A DNA stretch of 64,000 bases from Bdellovibrionales bacterium (GCA_019695175.1 JAIBAM010000003.1:35033-99032); one strand, 5' to 3'; counted from the stretch's first letter, positions 1-10,460 are shown. Notes: generated by a model not told the origin, from the sequence alone. Translations and numbers: made by a program.

Positions 1-1050
1 GATCTGGCCTTCCTCCAATATACCGGGGGCACCACAGGAGTGGCCAAAGGAGCCATGCTCACGCACAGAAATGTACTCTCCAATATGCTGCAAATTCAAG
101 AATGGATGAAGCCGCGTCTTCAAGAAGGTAAGGAATTGGTAGTGTTGGCTCTTCCGCTTTATCATATTTTTTCCCTCACTGTGAATGCCTTTGGAATTTT
201 CTCCTACGGAGGAACCAACCTAATGATTACCAACCCTCGGGATATTCCAGGGTTTATCAAAACGCTTAAACAATATAAATTTAGTGTTTTTGTTGGTCTG
301 AACACATTATTTAACGCTCTTCTCAATCATAAAGATTTTTTAAAGGTTCATTTTTCATCACTAAAAATCAGTGTCGCAGGCGGTATGGCACTTCAAAAAG
401 CCGTCTCTACAAAATGGAAAGAACTTACCGGATCTGCAATTGTCGAGGGTTATGGTTTAACAGAAACCTCTCCAGTAGCCTGTTGTAACCCGGTTGACGG
501 TACTGATCAGGTTGGGACGATTGGACTACCCTTACCCTCCACAGATATAAAATTATGCGATGATGAGGGCATAGAAGTTCCCTCAGGGCAACAAGGAGAG
601 ATTTATGTGAAAGGGCCACAGGTGATGCGGGGCTATTGGAAAAAACCTGAGGAAACGCAAACGATTTTGAATCCAGACGGTTGGATTAAAACAGGTGATG
701 TGGGAATCATTGACAAGTTAGGTTTCATTCGAATTGTGGACCGCAAAAAAGACATGATTCTTGTCTCTGGTTTTAATGTCTATCCAAACGAAGTGGAGGA
801 AGTAATTGCGGCCCACCCAAAAGTGCTTGAGGTCGCAGCCGTTGGCGTTCCTGATGAGAAATCCACTGAAGCAGTTAAGGTTTTCATCGTACCCAAGGAT
901 TCAAGCCTCACTTCTACTGAAGTTCGAAGTTGGTGCCATGAAAATTTAGTGGGATATAAAATTCCTAAACATGTGGAGTTTAGAAAAGAGCTTCCCAAAA
1001 CCAATGTAGGTAAGATTCTCAGACGTGAACTACGCGGCGATCAGGGTTAG
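1..1050 (+). CDS. fadD: long-chain-fatty-acid--CoA ligase (AMP-binding family), 5' end cut by window edge
   Basis: Frame 1 is open from base 1. It reads [24 protein letters not shown] (AMP-binding signature), then [22 protein letters not shown] and C-terminal GKILRRELR. The listed ORF 40..1050 is only the part after the first Met. Confidence 0.9.
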   Translation, partial: DLAFLQYTGGTTGVAKGAMLTHRNVLSNMLQIQEWMKPRLQEGKELVVLALPLYHIFSLTVNAFGIFSYGGTNLMITNPRDIPGFIKTLKQYKFSVFVGLNTLFNALLNHKDFLKVHFSSLKISVAGGMALQKAVSTKWKELTGSAIVEGYGLTETSPVACCNPVDGTDQVGTIGLPLPSTDIKLCDDEGIEVPSGQQGEIYVKGPQVMRGYWKKPEETQTILNPDGWIKTGDVGIIDKLGFIRIVDRKKDMILVSGFNVYPNEVEEVIAAHPKVLEVAAVGVPDEKSTEAVKVFIVPKDSSLTSTEVRSWCHENLVGYKIPKHVEFRKELPKTNVGKILRRELRGDQG

Positions 1051-1203
1051 GATTTTTAGCACTTGGTCCAGTCGCAGGGCGATGTAAGGATCAAAAATTC
1101 AATACAGTCTGGACCCTAACAAATTCTAGACCTATACAGGATTAGCAAAATATTTAATTATGGTACTATTCATTTAATATCCTTCTTTTAAACGAGGTAA
1201 TAA

Positions 1204-1929
1204 ATGCTGCTAAAACTCAAATTTCAACAAAATCTGCTAATTACAATTATTTCATTTTTATCCGTATTTTCTTCTTCGATTTTTGCAGAAACATTAGGTG
1301 ACAGTGATCTTCACACTCAGACTTATACCTCATCAAGCTACATGCAGCCCAAATGTATTGAAAACGCTAATGAAGTACAAAAAATTAAATCATGGGTTCG
1401 GGAGAATACCAAGAATGAAAATAAATATGAAGAATATAAAAATGCTCTCCAGAAAGAAAATAGAGTATTGACCATGGCTAGACTTATTTATGCTGAAACT
1501 CTCGCGGCAAATTGTGACGGAACAGAAATTGACAAAGCACAGAAATTAATTGCCAGCACAATTCATAATAGAGTGATAAACCAAAATACTGATTATACTT
1601 CTGGTGTCGACAAGACAGTCTTTACAAGGGACCAATTTGCGTCTTCACTAAACTTTTATAAAGAGTCTAAGAATGAATCTTTTTTGTGTCCTAAACTTGC
1701 ATCGAACATCTGGATGACATCCCTTAATTATGCGAAGCAATCAAAAGAAAAATTTAATACAAAAAGTCCCTTATTCCAAGAATCAGACGGAAAAGATAAT
1801 CACTACTATTTGAACAAGCATTTCAAAAGTCGATCCAGTCAACCACCAAAACCAAATTGGACGAAAAAACCACAATCAGCTATTTCAAAGAGAAATGAAA
1901 ACAGTTGTGTAACGTCTTATAGTCTTTAA
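1204..1929 (+). CDS. secreted protein with SleB/Hydrolase_2-like cell-wall hydrolase core (tentative)
   Basis: Signal peptide LLITIISFLSVFSSSIFA. ARLIYAETLAANCDG..IASTIHNRV..TRDQFAS resembles the ARxxYAE..NRV..QF pattern of SleB-type hydrolases. Confidence 0.45.
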   Translation: MLLKLKFQQNLLITIISFLSVFSSSIFAETLGDSDLHTQTYTSSSYMQPKCIENANEVQKIKSWVRENTKNENKYEEYKNALQKENRVLTMARLIYAETLAANCDGTEIDKAQKLIASTIHNRVINQNTDYTSGVDKTVFTRDQFASSLNFYKESKNESFLCPKLASNIWMTSLNYAKQSKEKFNTKSPLFQESDGKDNHYYLNKHFKSRSSQPPKPNWTKKPQSAISKRNENSCVTSYSL

Positions 1930-2293
1930 TATTTCTAGATCCTGATATATCACAGACTACTTTTTTACGTCGACTAGATGTATTAGATACCTAAATTATT
2001 GTAGGATTCATTTCATAACCTTCCGCTATCTTACACAGACAAATCAGGTTTTGAAATGTATTCTAGCAAAGCCCTCGCTTTGACCTGGTAAGAATGAAAA
2101 AACTCAATCCTCAATTTAGTTTTTGGGTTTCTCTTCATTGTTCATAAGATTCAAAATTGAGGTTTATTTTTACTTTTTTTCAAAGGCAAAATGTTTGTAT
2201 AACTCATCCTCCAATTAGCATAATTTCAAACCCAAGTAATAAGAGAGTTGATCTATTTAAACTCTCTAAACTAAAAAAATGGGGGAAATTTTT

Positions 2294-2926
2294 ATGTTAA
2301 AAAGACAGTCTATTTTTATCTTATTAGTGTCATTACTCGCATCAATTCAATTTACGACGAAAGCCAATGCAGATGAAGGTCTACTAATTACAAAAACAAA
2401 AGAATTAATCAACGAAATTAGGAATATTTCTTCAAAATCAAATGGTAGCAATACGACTTTAGCTTTTAATAAAATATGTCAAGTGATCACGGACGCAGTT
2501 GATTTTGACAGTCTGGTAAATGTAATTACTGGAAGATTTCGAAATAAATTCGATTCAGTAAACTATGACTTATTTAAAAACAAAATTGCAACTGACTTAG
2601 TTACCAATCTTCAAAACTACCTACCTATTTTAAGTGCCAGTACTTTGGAGTTCACAGAAAGAACGACTCCTGATTTGTCTTTTGTTCAAATCAAAGTGAC
2701 ATTAAAAAGTAAAATAACCGTTTACATTAAATTTTATTTCAATGAATCCAAAAAAGTAGTGGATTTTGATATCAATTCGATTCGTTACTCTCTATCTAAG
2801 AAAACTATCATAGCCGACACCTTTGATACAACAAGCGGTGATCTTCGCAGAGAAGGTCTTAGCGACGAGAATAAAGTGAATGAGGTTTTAGCTCAACTCA
2901 ACTTCGAGCAGATGTGTCCTCAATAG
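2294..2926 (+). CDS. secreted/periplasmic protein, weak MlaC/Ttg2D-like resemblance
   Basis: ATG at 2294 is preceded by GGGGGAAA. Signal peptide MLKRQSIFILLVSLLASIQFTTKANA. About 200 aa, with the pattern AVDFDSLVNVITGRFRNKF..NYDLFKNKIATDLVTNLQNY similar to MlaC-family layout. The functional call is weak. Confidence 0.3.
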   Translation: MLKRQSIFILLVSLLASIQFTTKANADEGLLITKTKELINEIRNISSKSNGSNTTLAFNKICQVITDAVDFDSLVNVITGRFRNKFDSVNYDLFKNKIATDLVTNLQNYLPILSASTLEFTERTTPDLSFVQIKVTLKSKITVYIKFYFNESKKVVDFDINSIRYSLSKKTIIADTFDTTSGDLRREGLSDENKVNEVLAQLNFEQMCPQ

Positions 2927-2959
2927 TAATCAAATTTTATTTTGTTCGCCCCATTGATT

Positions 2960-4147
2960 CTAAATTAATGGGGCGATCTCTTTTTTCTTCTTCATCAGCC
3001 TCTGAATATAAAAAGAGATGAGAGTCCAAACCAAAAAATGGAATGGGACTAAAATCATCAGATTTTGCAAAATGGAAAATGAAAGCAAAATTCCGCTGCC
3101 TATCTCAAACAAAAACAAAGCGAGAATGGCAAAGGCTAACAAAAGATAATTATTTACACAAAAAAACTGTATAAAAAAATATATATTTGTAAGCAAAGCC
3201 ATATTGAGGCAGGTAAGGCCCACAATTTTTTCATCAAGTTCAAAAAAATAATATCCTAACTGCTTAAAAAGTACGAAAGAGAAAAATGCCACGGAAGATA
3301 ATGTCGAACTTAACAGGAGAGGTCGCCAAGGATAGAGACCTAACCATGTTGTCACTTTCTCCCCTTCTTTTGTGTTCGACATCTGTTGGGGTAACAACCA
3401 CTGCATAAATATTAAAAAACCAAAAAAGATGGATTTGTAAAGTAAGGAAATACGTGCAAAATGTCCAACATCTATGGGATTTTGTGTCTGGTGAACCACG
3501 ATTATATCCATTTGGGGAATAACCACAGAGGTTAATGCTAAAAGAGCTGTGGCAACAATCCGACGGGTTTGTAAACGATGAGTGATATCCGGATTCAACC
3601 AGTTTTTTGATCTTATAAGAATAGCAAGGGCAATCCACAACAATCCTGGACTGTAACTCAATGAAGTGGCCCAAGCGAATTTAAGGCCCTCATCATTCAC
3701 AGGATACTCCCACCCCACCAAAAAAAACTTGGCCAAGCCATTGATTAGGAGACCCACTCCTATCACTCCAAATGCCAATTGAATTTGTGACTGCCCCACA
3801 AACCAACTAAAAAGAATTCCTAAAATACTCCCAAGTAAACCCACCATAAAAAAAGAAGATTGGGGGAAAATCCAGGGAAGATATAAAGAGACCGCTCCAA
3901 TCAACAAAGTTAAAAGGCTCATTATTTTTAAATGGTTTTTATTTGCTATGAAAAAATTCGAACCCACTTGGGCAAAAAAGCCAATGGAAAGTGCAATGGA
4001 GAAATAAGCCATCCAACTGTTTAATTCGCCAAAATCAGCTAAATCCAAACGCGTCGATGCCCAAATTAAGAAAAAGTAATACAAAACTCCGGCAAGGATA
4101 TGGGCGATCGCAAAAAAAATTGCAGGAGCCACTTGAATTGCTCTCAA
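2960..4147 (-). CDS. polytopic inner-membrane protein, function unknown
   Basis: 395-aa ORF that is almost entirely hydrophobic helices (10 or more predicted by eye). No recognisable motif. Confidence 0.6.
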   Translation of the reverse strand: MRAIQVAPAIFFAIAHILAGVLYYFFLIWASTRLDLADFGELNSWMAYFSIALSIGFFAQVGSNFFIANKNHLKIMSLLTLLIGAVSLYLPWIFPQSSFFMVGLLGSILGILFSWFVGQSQIQLAFGVIGVGLLINGLAKFFLVGWEYPVNDEGLKFAWATSLSYSPGLLWIALAILIRSKNWLNPDITHRLQTRRIVATALLALTSVVIPQMDIIVVHQTQNPIDVGHFARISLLYKSIFFGFLIFMQWLLPQQMSNTKEGEKVTTWLGLYPWRPLLLSSTLSSVAFFSFVLFKQLGYYFFELDEKIVGLTCLNMALLTNIYFFIQFFCVNNYLLLAFAILALFLFEIGSGILLSFSILQNLMILVPFHFLVWTLISFYIQRLMKKKKEIAPLI

Positions 4148-4304
4148 CTTAAAACCCTTTTGTCACTTCAAGTTCCAACCTTTTTTATTGGATTTTCAAG
4201 CTTTTCAAAAAATAATATATCATATAGTTTATTTGATCATGCATAATTTAAACCGTCCTCATAAATCACCAACTCACATTAACTTTAAAAGTTGAGTAAT
4301 AAAT

Positions 4305-5687
4305 ATGGAACAACTCGATCCCCTTAAAAAAGCTCGTTCAATCAATATGGACTCTTCATTCTATGGCACCTTTGCTGAAATTGGCGCTGGACAAGAGGTT
4401 GCAAGATATTTTTTTCTCGCAGGACGAGCCTCCCAAACCGTGGCCAAATCCATTTCTGCCTACGATATGAAGGTCAGTGACTCGATCTATGGCAAGTCTA
4501 ATAGGTATGTCTGTCAGGAGCGAATTCTGCAGATGCTGGACCACGAATATGGACTTTTAGTAGAACGACTGAGTGAACAAAGAGGTGAAAAAACAAGATT
4601 TTTTGCCTTTGCTGACACTGTGGCCACAAGCAGTCACGGTGAACCTGATGCTCGTTGTCATGGATGGATGGGAATTCGTTATCAAACTTACTTCCAAGGT
4701 CCTCCCCATGAAATTATATTGCACATCCGATTGAAAGATCGATTCCGTTTGCAACAACAAGAGGCTTTAGGAATCCTTGGGGTAAATTTAATTCATTTAT
4801 CTTATTCCTTCCCTCGAACGCTGACCGAAATAGTAAAATGTTTAGTTCACAACCTTGGCCACGAAAGGTTGGAAATTAATTTTATCCGTTGCCAAGGTTC
4901 TGAAAATAGTTGGATCGACCATCGCCTCCTTAACTTAGAACTGGTTAAGCAAGGTGTGGCAGAAGCCGTTTTATTTGATGAAAAGGGTCACATTCAAAAT
5001 GCCTCAGACCTCTTATTCAGACAACCGGTTTTAGTTCAAAGAGGAACTTTTCGCCCGGTTACCAAAACCAATCTCACCTTGTTAGAAAAAGGAATGGAAC
5101 AGTTTCAAAGCCAATTTCAGCAAACTCCCCAAGTGCTCTTTGAGCTGACCATGCATGAATTGACCGCAGAGGGAGAACTAAGTCATAAGGATTTTTTAGA
5201 TCGGGTGGACACTTTATTAACCTTAGGACATAAAGTTCTTTTGACCCATTTTAAACTATCCTATCAAGTCAAAAGCTATCTCCGCTCTCACACCGATCAA
5301 GTCATTGGACTCATTGTAGGTGCCGATCAACTGGACCGACTTTTTGACTCTCAACATTACCAACATCTGCCCGGAGGAATTTTGGAGGGTTTTTCAAGAC
5401 TTTATGATGAAAAAACTAAGATATTAGTTTTCCCATTTAAATCGGAACAAATGTGTCTCACAGCCTCCACCTTTCATCCCACAGGTTCGCTGAAACATCT
5501 TTATCAATATTTTATACAACAAAAATTAATTACTGATATTTTAGGGTGTGAGGATGTGGACACGTCTATTCACTCTCAAGATGTGCGTTTAATGCTCAAA
5601 TCAGGAGATCCAAAATGGGAAGAATTGGTTCCACCCCCTGTTCGAGACCTTATCAAAAAACAAGGTTTATTTGGCGCAAAATTATAA
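4305..5687 (+). CDS. conserved-looking cytoplasmic protein of unknown function
   Basis: 460-aa ORF with no signal peptide. N-terminal block FYGTFAEIGAGQEVARYFF looks like a conserved motif, but I cannot assign it to a family. Its 3' end overlaps the only in-frame ATG of gspK. Confidence 0.6.
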   Translation: MEQLDPLKKARSINMDSSFYGTFAEIGAGQEVARYFFLAGRASQTVAKSISAYDMKVSDSIYGKSNRYVCQERILQMLDHEYGLLVERLSEQRGEKTRFFAFADTVATSSHGEPDARCHGWMGIRYQTYFQGPPHEIILHIRLKDRFRLQQQEALGILGVNLIHLSYSFPRTLTEIVKCLVHNLGHERLEINFIRCQGSENSWIDHRLLNLELVKQGVAEAVLFDEKGHIQNASDLLFRQPVLVQRGTFRPVTKTNLTLLEKGMEQFQSQFQQTPQVLFELTMHELTAEGELSHKDFLDRVDTLLTLGHKVLLTHFKLSYQVKSYLRSHTDQVIGLIVGADQLDRLFDSQHYQHLPGGILEGFSRLYDEKTKILVFPFKSEQMCLTASTFHPTGSLKHLYQYFIQQKLITDILGCEDVDTSIHSQDVRLMLKSGDPKWEELVPPPVRDLIKKQGLFGAKL

Positions 5688-7009
5688 ACTTTTATACAAT
5701 AAATAAATTTGTTTATGAAAAAAATAAGACTGAAGCTCCACCTAAAAAAATAAATCCACTCCAAAATCAAAATGGGGTGGCCCTTTTGGTGGCTATCTTC
5801 GCCATTATGCTTATGATTTTTATTGCCACTGAAGTTTCCTACGACACCTCTGTGGAATACGTGATGGCCCGACAGAAAGTAAATATACTTAAAGCCCGAT
5901 ATGCCGCAAAGGCCGGAGTGGAAATCTCTTTACTACGCATCGTCATTTATAAAAAAGTGGTTGCCGGGATTAGCAATGCGATGAGTCCCGAACAAGCCCA
6001 GCCCCTCATGAGCTTGTTGGATCCAATCTGGCAGATGCCTTTCACTTGGCCACCTGTACTTCCGGATCAAATGACTGGAACCGATAAGAGCAACGTGGAT
6101 GAAATTGTCAAAGTATCCCCCATGGACGCCCAATATTTAGCTACCATCTATAGCGAAGGTGGAAAAATAGACATTAACGATTTAAGTTCGGTCTCTAAAC
6201 AAATACAAAAAGTAACAGCACAACAAATTCTCAACATATTTAAAACTGAAGTCCTGAATAATGAAAAGTTTTCTGCCAAATACCGCGACACTAGATTTGA
6301 AGAGCTGGTGAATAACATTATAGATTGGGAAGATGAAAATTCTGAAAGTCTTAATGGTGGGGATGAAAGAGATAAATATAAAATTCGAAGTGACTTTTTG
6401 CCACCCAATGCCCCTTTTAAAACAATAAAAGAACTCAATATGGTTGCGGGCATGAATGAAGATTTTTTTAATTTACTTTCACAGCGGGTGACTCTCTTCG
6501 GAACTAAAGGGGTCAATGTCAACTACGCCAATGAAGAAGTCATCAGTAGTTTAGACCCTTCCATTAAAGGGGATATTTTAAATGCTCTCATCAAACGCAG
6601 AACAGATCCCAATGAAGGGGGCCTTTACCGCAATGAAGATGATTTTTTCCAATATGCAACCAGATTTGGAGCCAACGTGGAGGCCATAAAAAAATCTGGA
6701 ATCCCCTTACTCTTTGGTCCAGAATATAATTTCAGAATTATAAGTACGGGCGAATACGGCAAAGTCAAAGTTGAAATCACCGCCATTACCTATGATATGG
6801 GAAACCTACAATCACGTTACAGCACCCTTTTGGATAAGGACTCTCAAGACCTAAATAACCCCAACAAAGGTCCAGGAACTGTTGGGACTACAGATACAAA
6901 AACAGGAAATCCCTCCGATTCCCAGGGTAAAAATCCAACTGGAGAAAGCAAAACCAATATTATTCCTCCCAAAGGAAGGCCCATAGTGGTTTACTGGGAA
7001 GAGAAGTAA
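5615..7009 (+). CDS. gspK: type II secretion minor pseudopilin GspK (start uncertain)
   Basis: NG|VALLVAIFAIMLMIFIATEVSYD..ARYAAKAGVE is the typical GspK N-terminus, a pseudopilin helix lacking Glu+5. It is followed by gspL/M/N. The in-frame ATG at 5615 overlaps the upstream gene by 73 nt. Alternatives are GTG 5777 or a frameshift from ATG 5715. Confidence 0.75.
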   Translation: MGRIGSTPCSRPYQKTRFIWRKIINFYTINKFVYEKNKTEAPPKKINPLQNQNGVALLVAIFAIMLMIFIATEVSYDTSVEYVMARQKVNILKARYAAKAGVEISLLRIVIYKKVVAGISNAMSPEQAQPLMSLLDPIWQMPFTWPPVLPDQMTGTDKSNVDEIVKVSPMDAQYLATIYSEGGKIDINDLSSVSKQIQKVTAQQILNIFKTEVLNNEKFSAKYRDTRFEELVNNIIDWEDENSESLNGGDERDKYKIRSDFLPPNAPFKTIKELNMVAGMNEDFFNLLSQRVTLFGTKGVNVNYANEEVISSLDPSIKGDILNALIKRRTDPNEGGLYRNEDDFFQYATRFGANVEAIKKSGIPLLFGPEYNFRIISTGEYGKVKVEITAITYDMGNLQSRYSTLLDKDSQDLNNPNKGPGTVGTTDTKTGNPSDSQGKNPTGESKTNIIPPKGRPIVVYWEEK

Positions 7010-7042
7010 AATTCTTTAAGTATCGAGGGGGAAGGAAGCCAT

Positions 7043-8686
7043 ATGGTTTGTGTCGGTATAGACATAGGAACTTACAGCGTTAAACTCGTAGAACTGCAAA
7101 GCTCGACTAAAACCTATTCTCTCAGTCGATTCCAAGAATTTCTTCTTTCTGCGGATCCAAATAAAGATAAAAAAATAGAAGTCCTCGACATCCTCAGACA
7201 AATTGCCCAAGCCTACGATCCTATTACAACAAAATTTATTTTAGTCGTCCCTCAACAACACGTTGTACTAAGGCACCGCCATTTTCCCTTTAAAGAACGT
7301 TATAAAATACTTCGTAGCATTGCTTTTGACTTGGAAGACGATATTCCCCTCGCTCAAGAAGATTCCATTTTTGATGCCAAAATCACTCGAATTCTCGACA
7401 CCGGGGCCGAAGTCATTGCAAGTGCTTGTCCTAAAATTTATCTCAAAGAAGTGGTGCATTTGGCCCGAGAGGCAGGAATTGAGGCTGAGATTGTAAGCAT
7501 CGAGGGTCTTGCCCTAGGTAATTTGCTAGAAAACTGGATGGAACCGCCACAGATCAAATCCGTTCTTGAAGGCATTCCTGAACCACGCAATGCCGAGCTC
7601 ATTCTCAACATTGGTCACACTCGAACCCAGCTTGTTGCGGCCGCTGACAAAGCTCTTCTCACCGCAAGAAATATAGATTGGGGCGGAAAACAAGTCGCTG
7701 AGGCCATAGCAAATAAATATGGTTTACACTATTTGGAGGCCTTAAAAGATCTGCAAAAAAAATCGTTTATCTTGCCCTCTTCAGAGGGGGCAACAAAGGA
7801 TCAAGTTATTTTTTCGGATCTAATCAAACAAGCTTTTGAACCCATGATTCAGGAAGTTCGATTTTCCATTATTGAACTCATGGCAAATAATAATTTATTA
7901 TTTAGTAAAATTCATCTTTGTGGAGGCACTAGTCAAATAAAAGGATTGGGTCCTTTTTTAACTCAAAAACTTGACATTGCAGTCAATCGCTTTCGACACG
8001 TTTCCATTCATCCCCAATCTGTGCTTGGGGAAGGAACATACGAAGAAGCCATTTCCGCCACGGCCATAGGAGTGAGTCTTGAAGGGCTCAAACGACCGCG
8101 TCACCCTGCGAGCAATTTACTCAAAGAAGAATTTGCTCGACAAGCGGAATCACTTAAACTTTGGTGGGAAAAATGGCGCTACACCGTTCAACTCTCAGGA
8201 ACAGCCTTTCTGATTTTATTTATTTACAGTGTAATCAAAGATGATTTAGCCATCTCAATGAATGAAAAGGTATTAGAAGTTCTCAAAACACAGGCCGCAA
8301 CTATTGCAGATCTTAAGGGAAACCAAGCCTCACCCAATAATATTCGTAAATTTGTTAAAATTAAAAAAGAAGAAATCAGCGCTAGAAAAGTGGCCAACCA
8401 AGTAAAAAGCCTTAACTCTCCACTGGATGTTTTAGCTTTTATAAATCAAGTCTCTCCAGGACCCAAAAAAATGGTCGTGGAAATTCGCAAAGTAAATATT
8501 GAAAACGATCAACTTGAACTTTTTGGTGAGGTCAGCAGAACTGAATATTTAAATCAATTTCAACAAGTGCTGCAGAATGTGGCGATGGATGGGAAAGTCA
8601 CTCCGTTGTCATCCCCATCCCACCCCGACCCGAGCAAACGGAACTTCGGTTTTCGTTTAAAAATTGATCGTCACCGAGGAGGTTAA
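7043..8686 (+). CDS. gspL: type II secretion protein GspL (PilM-like actin-fold N-domain, single TM, periplasmic domain)
   Basis: RBS GGGGGAAGGAAG. N-terminus VGIDIGTYSVKLVEL (actin-like ATPase fold as in PilM/GspL). TM segment LSGTAFLILFIYSVI. Position between gspK and gspM. Confidence 0.7.
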   Translation: MVCVGIDIGTYSVKLVELQSSTKTYSLSRFQEFLLSADPNKDKKIEVLDILRQIAQAYDPITTKFILVVPQQHVVLRHRHFPFKERYKILRSIAFDLEDDIPLAQEDSIFDAKITRILDTGAEVIASACPKIYLKEVVHLAREAGIEAEIVSIEGLALGNLLENWMEPPQIKSVLEGIPEPRNAELILNIGHTRTQLVAAADKALLTARNIDWGGKQVAEAIANKYGLHYLEALKDLQKKSFILPSSEGATKDQVIFSDLIKQAFEPMIQEVRFSIIELMANNNLLFSKIHLCGGTSQIKGLGPFLTQKLDIAVNRFRHVSIHPQSVLGEGTYEEAISATAIGVSLEGLKRPRHPASNLLKEEFARQAESLKLWWEKWRYTVQLSGTAFLILFIYSVIKDDLAISMNEKVLEVLKTQAATIADLKGNQASPNNIRKFVKIKKEEISARKVANQVKSLNSPLDVLAFINQVSPGPKKMVVEIRKVNIENDQLELFGEVSRTEYLNQFQQVLQNVAMDGKVTPLSSPSHPDPSKRNFGFRLKIDRHRGG

Positions 8687-9387
8687 TGGTGAATCTTGAA
8701 GATATTAAGGATCAGCTTCGTGATCAACTTAAGACTCTGATTGAAAAAATTAAAGAATCTTCTTTATTTAATAACTTGACTGAAAAATACCATACCTTGC
8801 CTCCTCTAACACAAAAGGCCTGTATTTATGGAAGTGGACTTTTCGTAATTCTATTTATTTTTTCCATCCCTTACGCTTACATTGAATCAGCCCATCAACA
8901 TATTGCCGAATTTGAAGAAAACCGAACTCTACTACGTGAACTTTTACGTGTCGGTCGCGCGGCAAAAGATCCCCCACCTTTACCCCAAGGATTAAGTTCT
9001 CGAGAGTTGCAATCGAGGATGGAGTCTTTTACCTCTGAATTTCGCCTTCTTCCCGAGCAAGTCATTGGCATAAAGCCTCTAGGGGAACGTCCGGCCCCCT
9101 CTTTGGCGCCACCAGTTATTTTACAAGAAGGTGTTGCCGTCACCTATGCTAAACTTAACCTCTATCAAATTTTAGATATTGGTTATCGACTGCACAATCT
9201 TTCCGCGGGATCCAAACTCACCTCCGTGGATATTAAAGCCAACCCAGAAGACAATCATTACTTCGATACCACATTTAAAGTGGTGAGCTTTTCTTTACCG
9301 ATTCACTCCATGGAGCCGGAGACCTCCCAAAAGGGCTCCAGAAACCGTCCCCCTCCTAAACTGCCACGTGAGGAAACTGACTTATGA
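8686..9387 (+). CDS. gspM: type II secretion protein GspM-like
   Basis: TAATG coupling to gspL. Single N-proximal TM (ACIYGSGLFVILFIFSIPYAYI) and a bitopic architecture. The call rests mostly on position. Confidence 0.5.
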   Translation: MVNLEDIKDQLRDQLKTLIEKIKESSLFNNLTEKYHTLPPLTQKACIYGSGLFVILFIFSIPYAYIESAHQHIAEFEENRTLLRELLRVGRAAKDPPPLPQGLSSRELQSRMESFTSEFRLLPEQVIGIKPLGERPAPSLAPPVILQEGVAVTYAKLNLYQILDIGYRLHNLSAGSKLTSVDIKANPEDNHYFDTTFKVVSFSLPIHSMEPETSQKGSRNRPPPKLPREETDL

Positions 9388-10346
9388 TAGCACGCGCTTT
9401 ACAATCCTTCCTAAATGTCTTTAGGTTCCATAAAAAGAAAATTTTTTTTATGTTTTTCTGTATTGCTACTTTTTTATTCTGGCAATTCCCTTACGACGAT
9501 CTATCCGAAGTGGTTTCCACCCTAGTTGCTGAAAAGACAAACAATCAGGTTTTTCTCCAGTTTGATCGGTTGGGAATTCAGGTTTTTCCTTATCCGGCTT
9601 TGGCTGTGGATAATGTTGTTGTAGATTCTGGTTTTTTACCATCTATTCAAGCAGCTAAGTTATCTTTTGCTCCCTCTATTTCAGGTCTTATTTCATTTCA
9701 TCCCGGGTTCACTGCTGGCATTAAACAAGTATGGGATGGTGATATAAATTTAACTTTAAAGGCTGGAAAAAAAACGGAGCTTGGAGCGGCAACACAAAAT
9801 ATTTATTTAGATTTAGAACAAATTCAATTGGGACAAGCCTGGGAAGCTTTTGAACTTCCACTTAAGTTGCGCGGTGAACTTTCTGGTGAAATGAATGTAA
9901 ATCTTGACCCTAGTTTTACCACTCCGCCCGAAGGAAATATTGTTCTTGAGGTCAAAGAACTTAAATTTCCTTCGGGAGCTATCCCCACGCAAATGGGTCC
10001 GGTTATTTTACCTGCTTTAAGTTGGAAAAAAACCCAATTAAAGGGTCGTCTTGCAGGCGGAAAAATGACGTTAGAACCATCAGATTTTGGGGCCACGGGC
10101 GACTCTTTATTTGGATCCATAAAGGGTGAAATTGACTGCCGCATCGAGCCAGGGGATGGTCTCACTTTAGGAGCTTACAAGCTACAAATGGAGTTTCTAG
10201 TCACCCCAAAAGTGGAAAGAGAACTGGCTCCTTTTTTGATTCTACTATCCCCGTATAAATCTGCTACTCCCTCGGGCACCAAATATAAGTTTAAAGTGAC
10301 GGGACAACGCTTTGGCTACGCCCCTTCATTTAGCGCTGCATTATAA
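9384..10346 (+). CDS. gspN: type II secretion protein GspN-like
   Basis: ATGA coupling to gspM. N-terminal TM (IFFMFFCIATFLFWQF) followed by a beta-rich periplasmic domain. Last gene of the K-L-M block. Confidence 0.5.
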   Translation: MIARALQSFLNVFRFHKKKIFFMFFCIATFLFWQFPYDDLSEVVSTLVAEKTNNQVFLQFDRLGIQVFPYPALAVDNVVVDSGFLPSIQAAKLSFAPSISGLISFHPGFTAGIKQVWDGDINLTLKAGKKTELGAATQNIYLDLEQIQLGQAWEAFELPLKLRGELSGEMNVNLDPSFTTPPEGNIVLEVKELKFPSGAIPTQMGPVILPALSWKKTQLKGRLAGGKMTLEPSDFGATGDSLFGSIKGEIDCRIEPGDGLTLGAYKLQMEFLVTPKVERELAPFLILLSPYKSATPSGTKYKFKVTGQRFGYAPSFSAAL

Positions 10347-10460
10347 TCTCGACTCTTTGATTTTTCATTGTTCTTTTCCCTTAGAATTTGCTTTATTCCT
10401 CGCAATAAACTCTGAATTCAGACACCTAATAGGTCGTAATTTTTTGCAAGTGAGGTTTTT

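Noticed and set aside
1047-1075. CIRCE-like half site (ttagcactt) after fadD
   Set aside because: No inverted partner (GAGTGCTAA) lies at the 9-nt spacing, and it is not upstream of a chaperone gene.
1930-2278. Scanned this and the other long spacers (12431-12658, 26248-26933, 38642-39183, 48159-48422) for tRNA, tmRNA, RNase P and SRP RNA hallmarks
   Set aside because: No GTTCGAATC-type T-arm, no GAGGAAAGTCC (RNase P), and no SRP GGAA tetraloop context was seen. Absence by eye is not proof.
3264-3674. 136-aa ORF within the membrane-protein gene (same strand, other frame)
   Set aside because: It is embedded in a longer, coherent hydrophobic ORF and its sequence is not protein-like.
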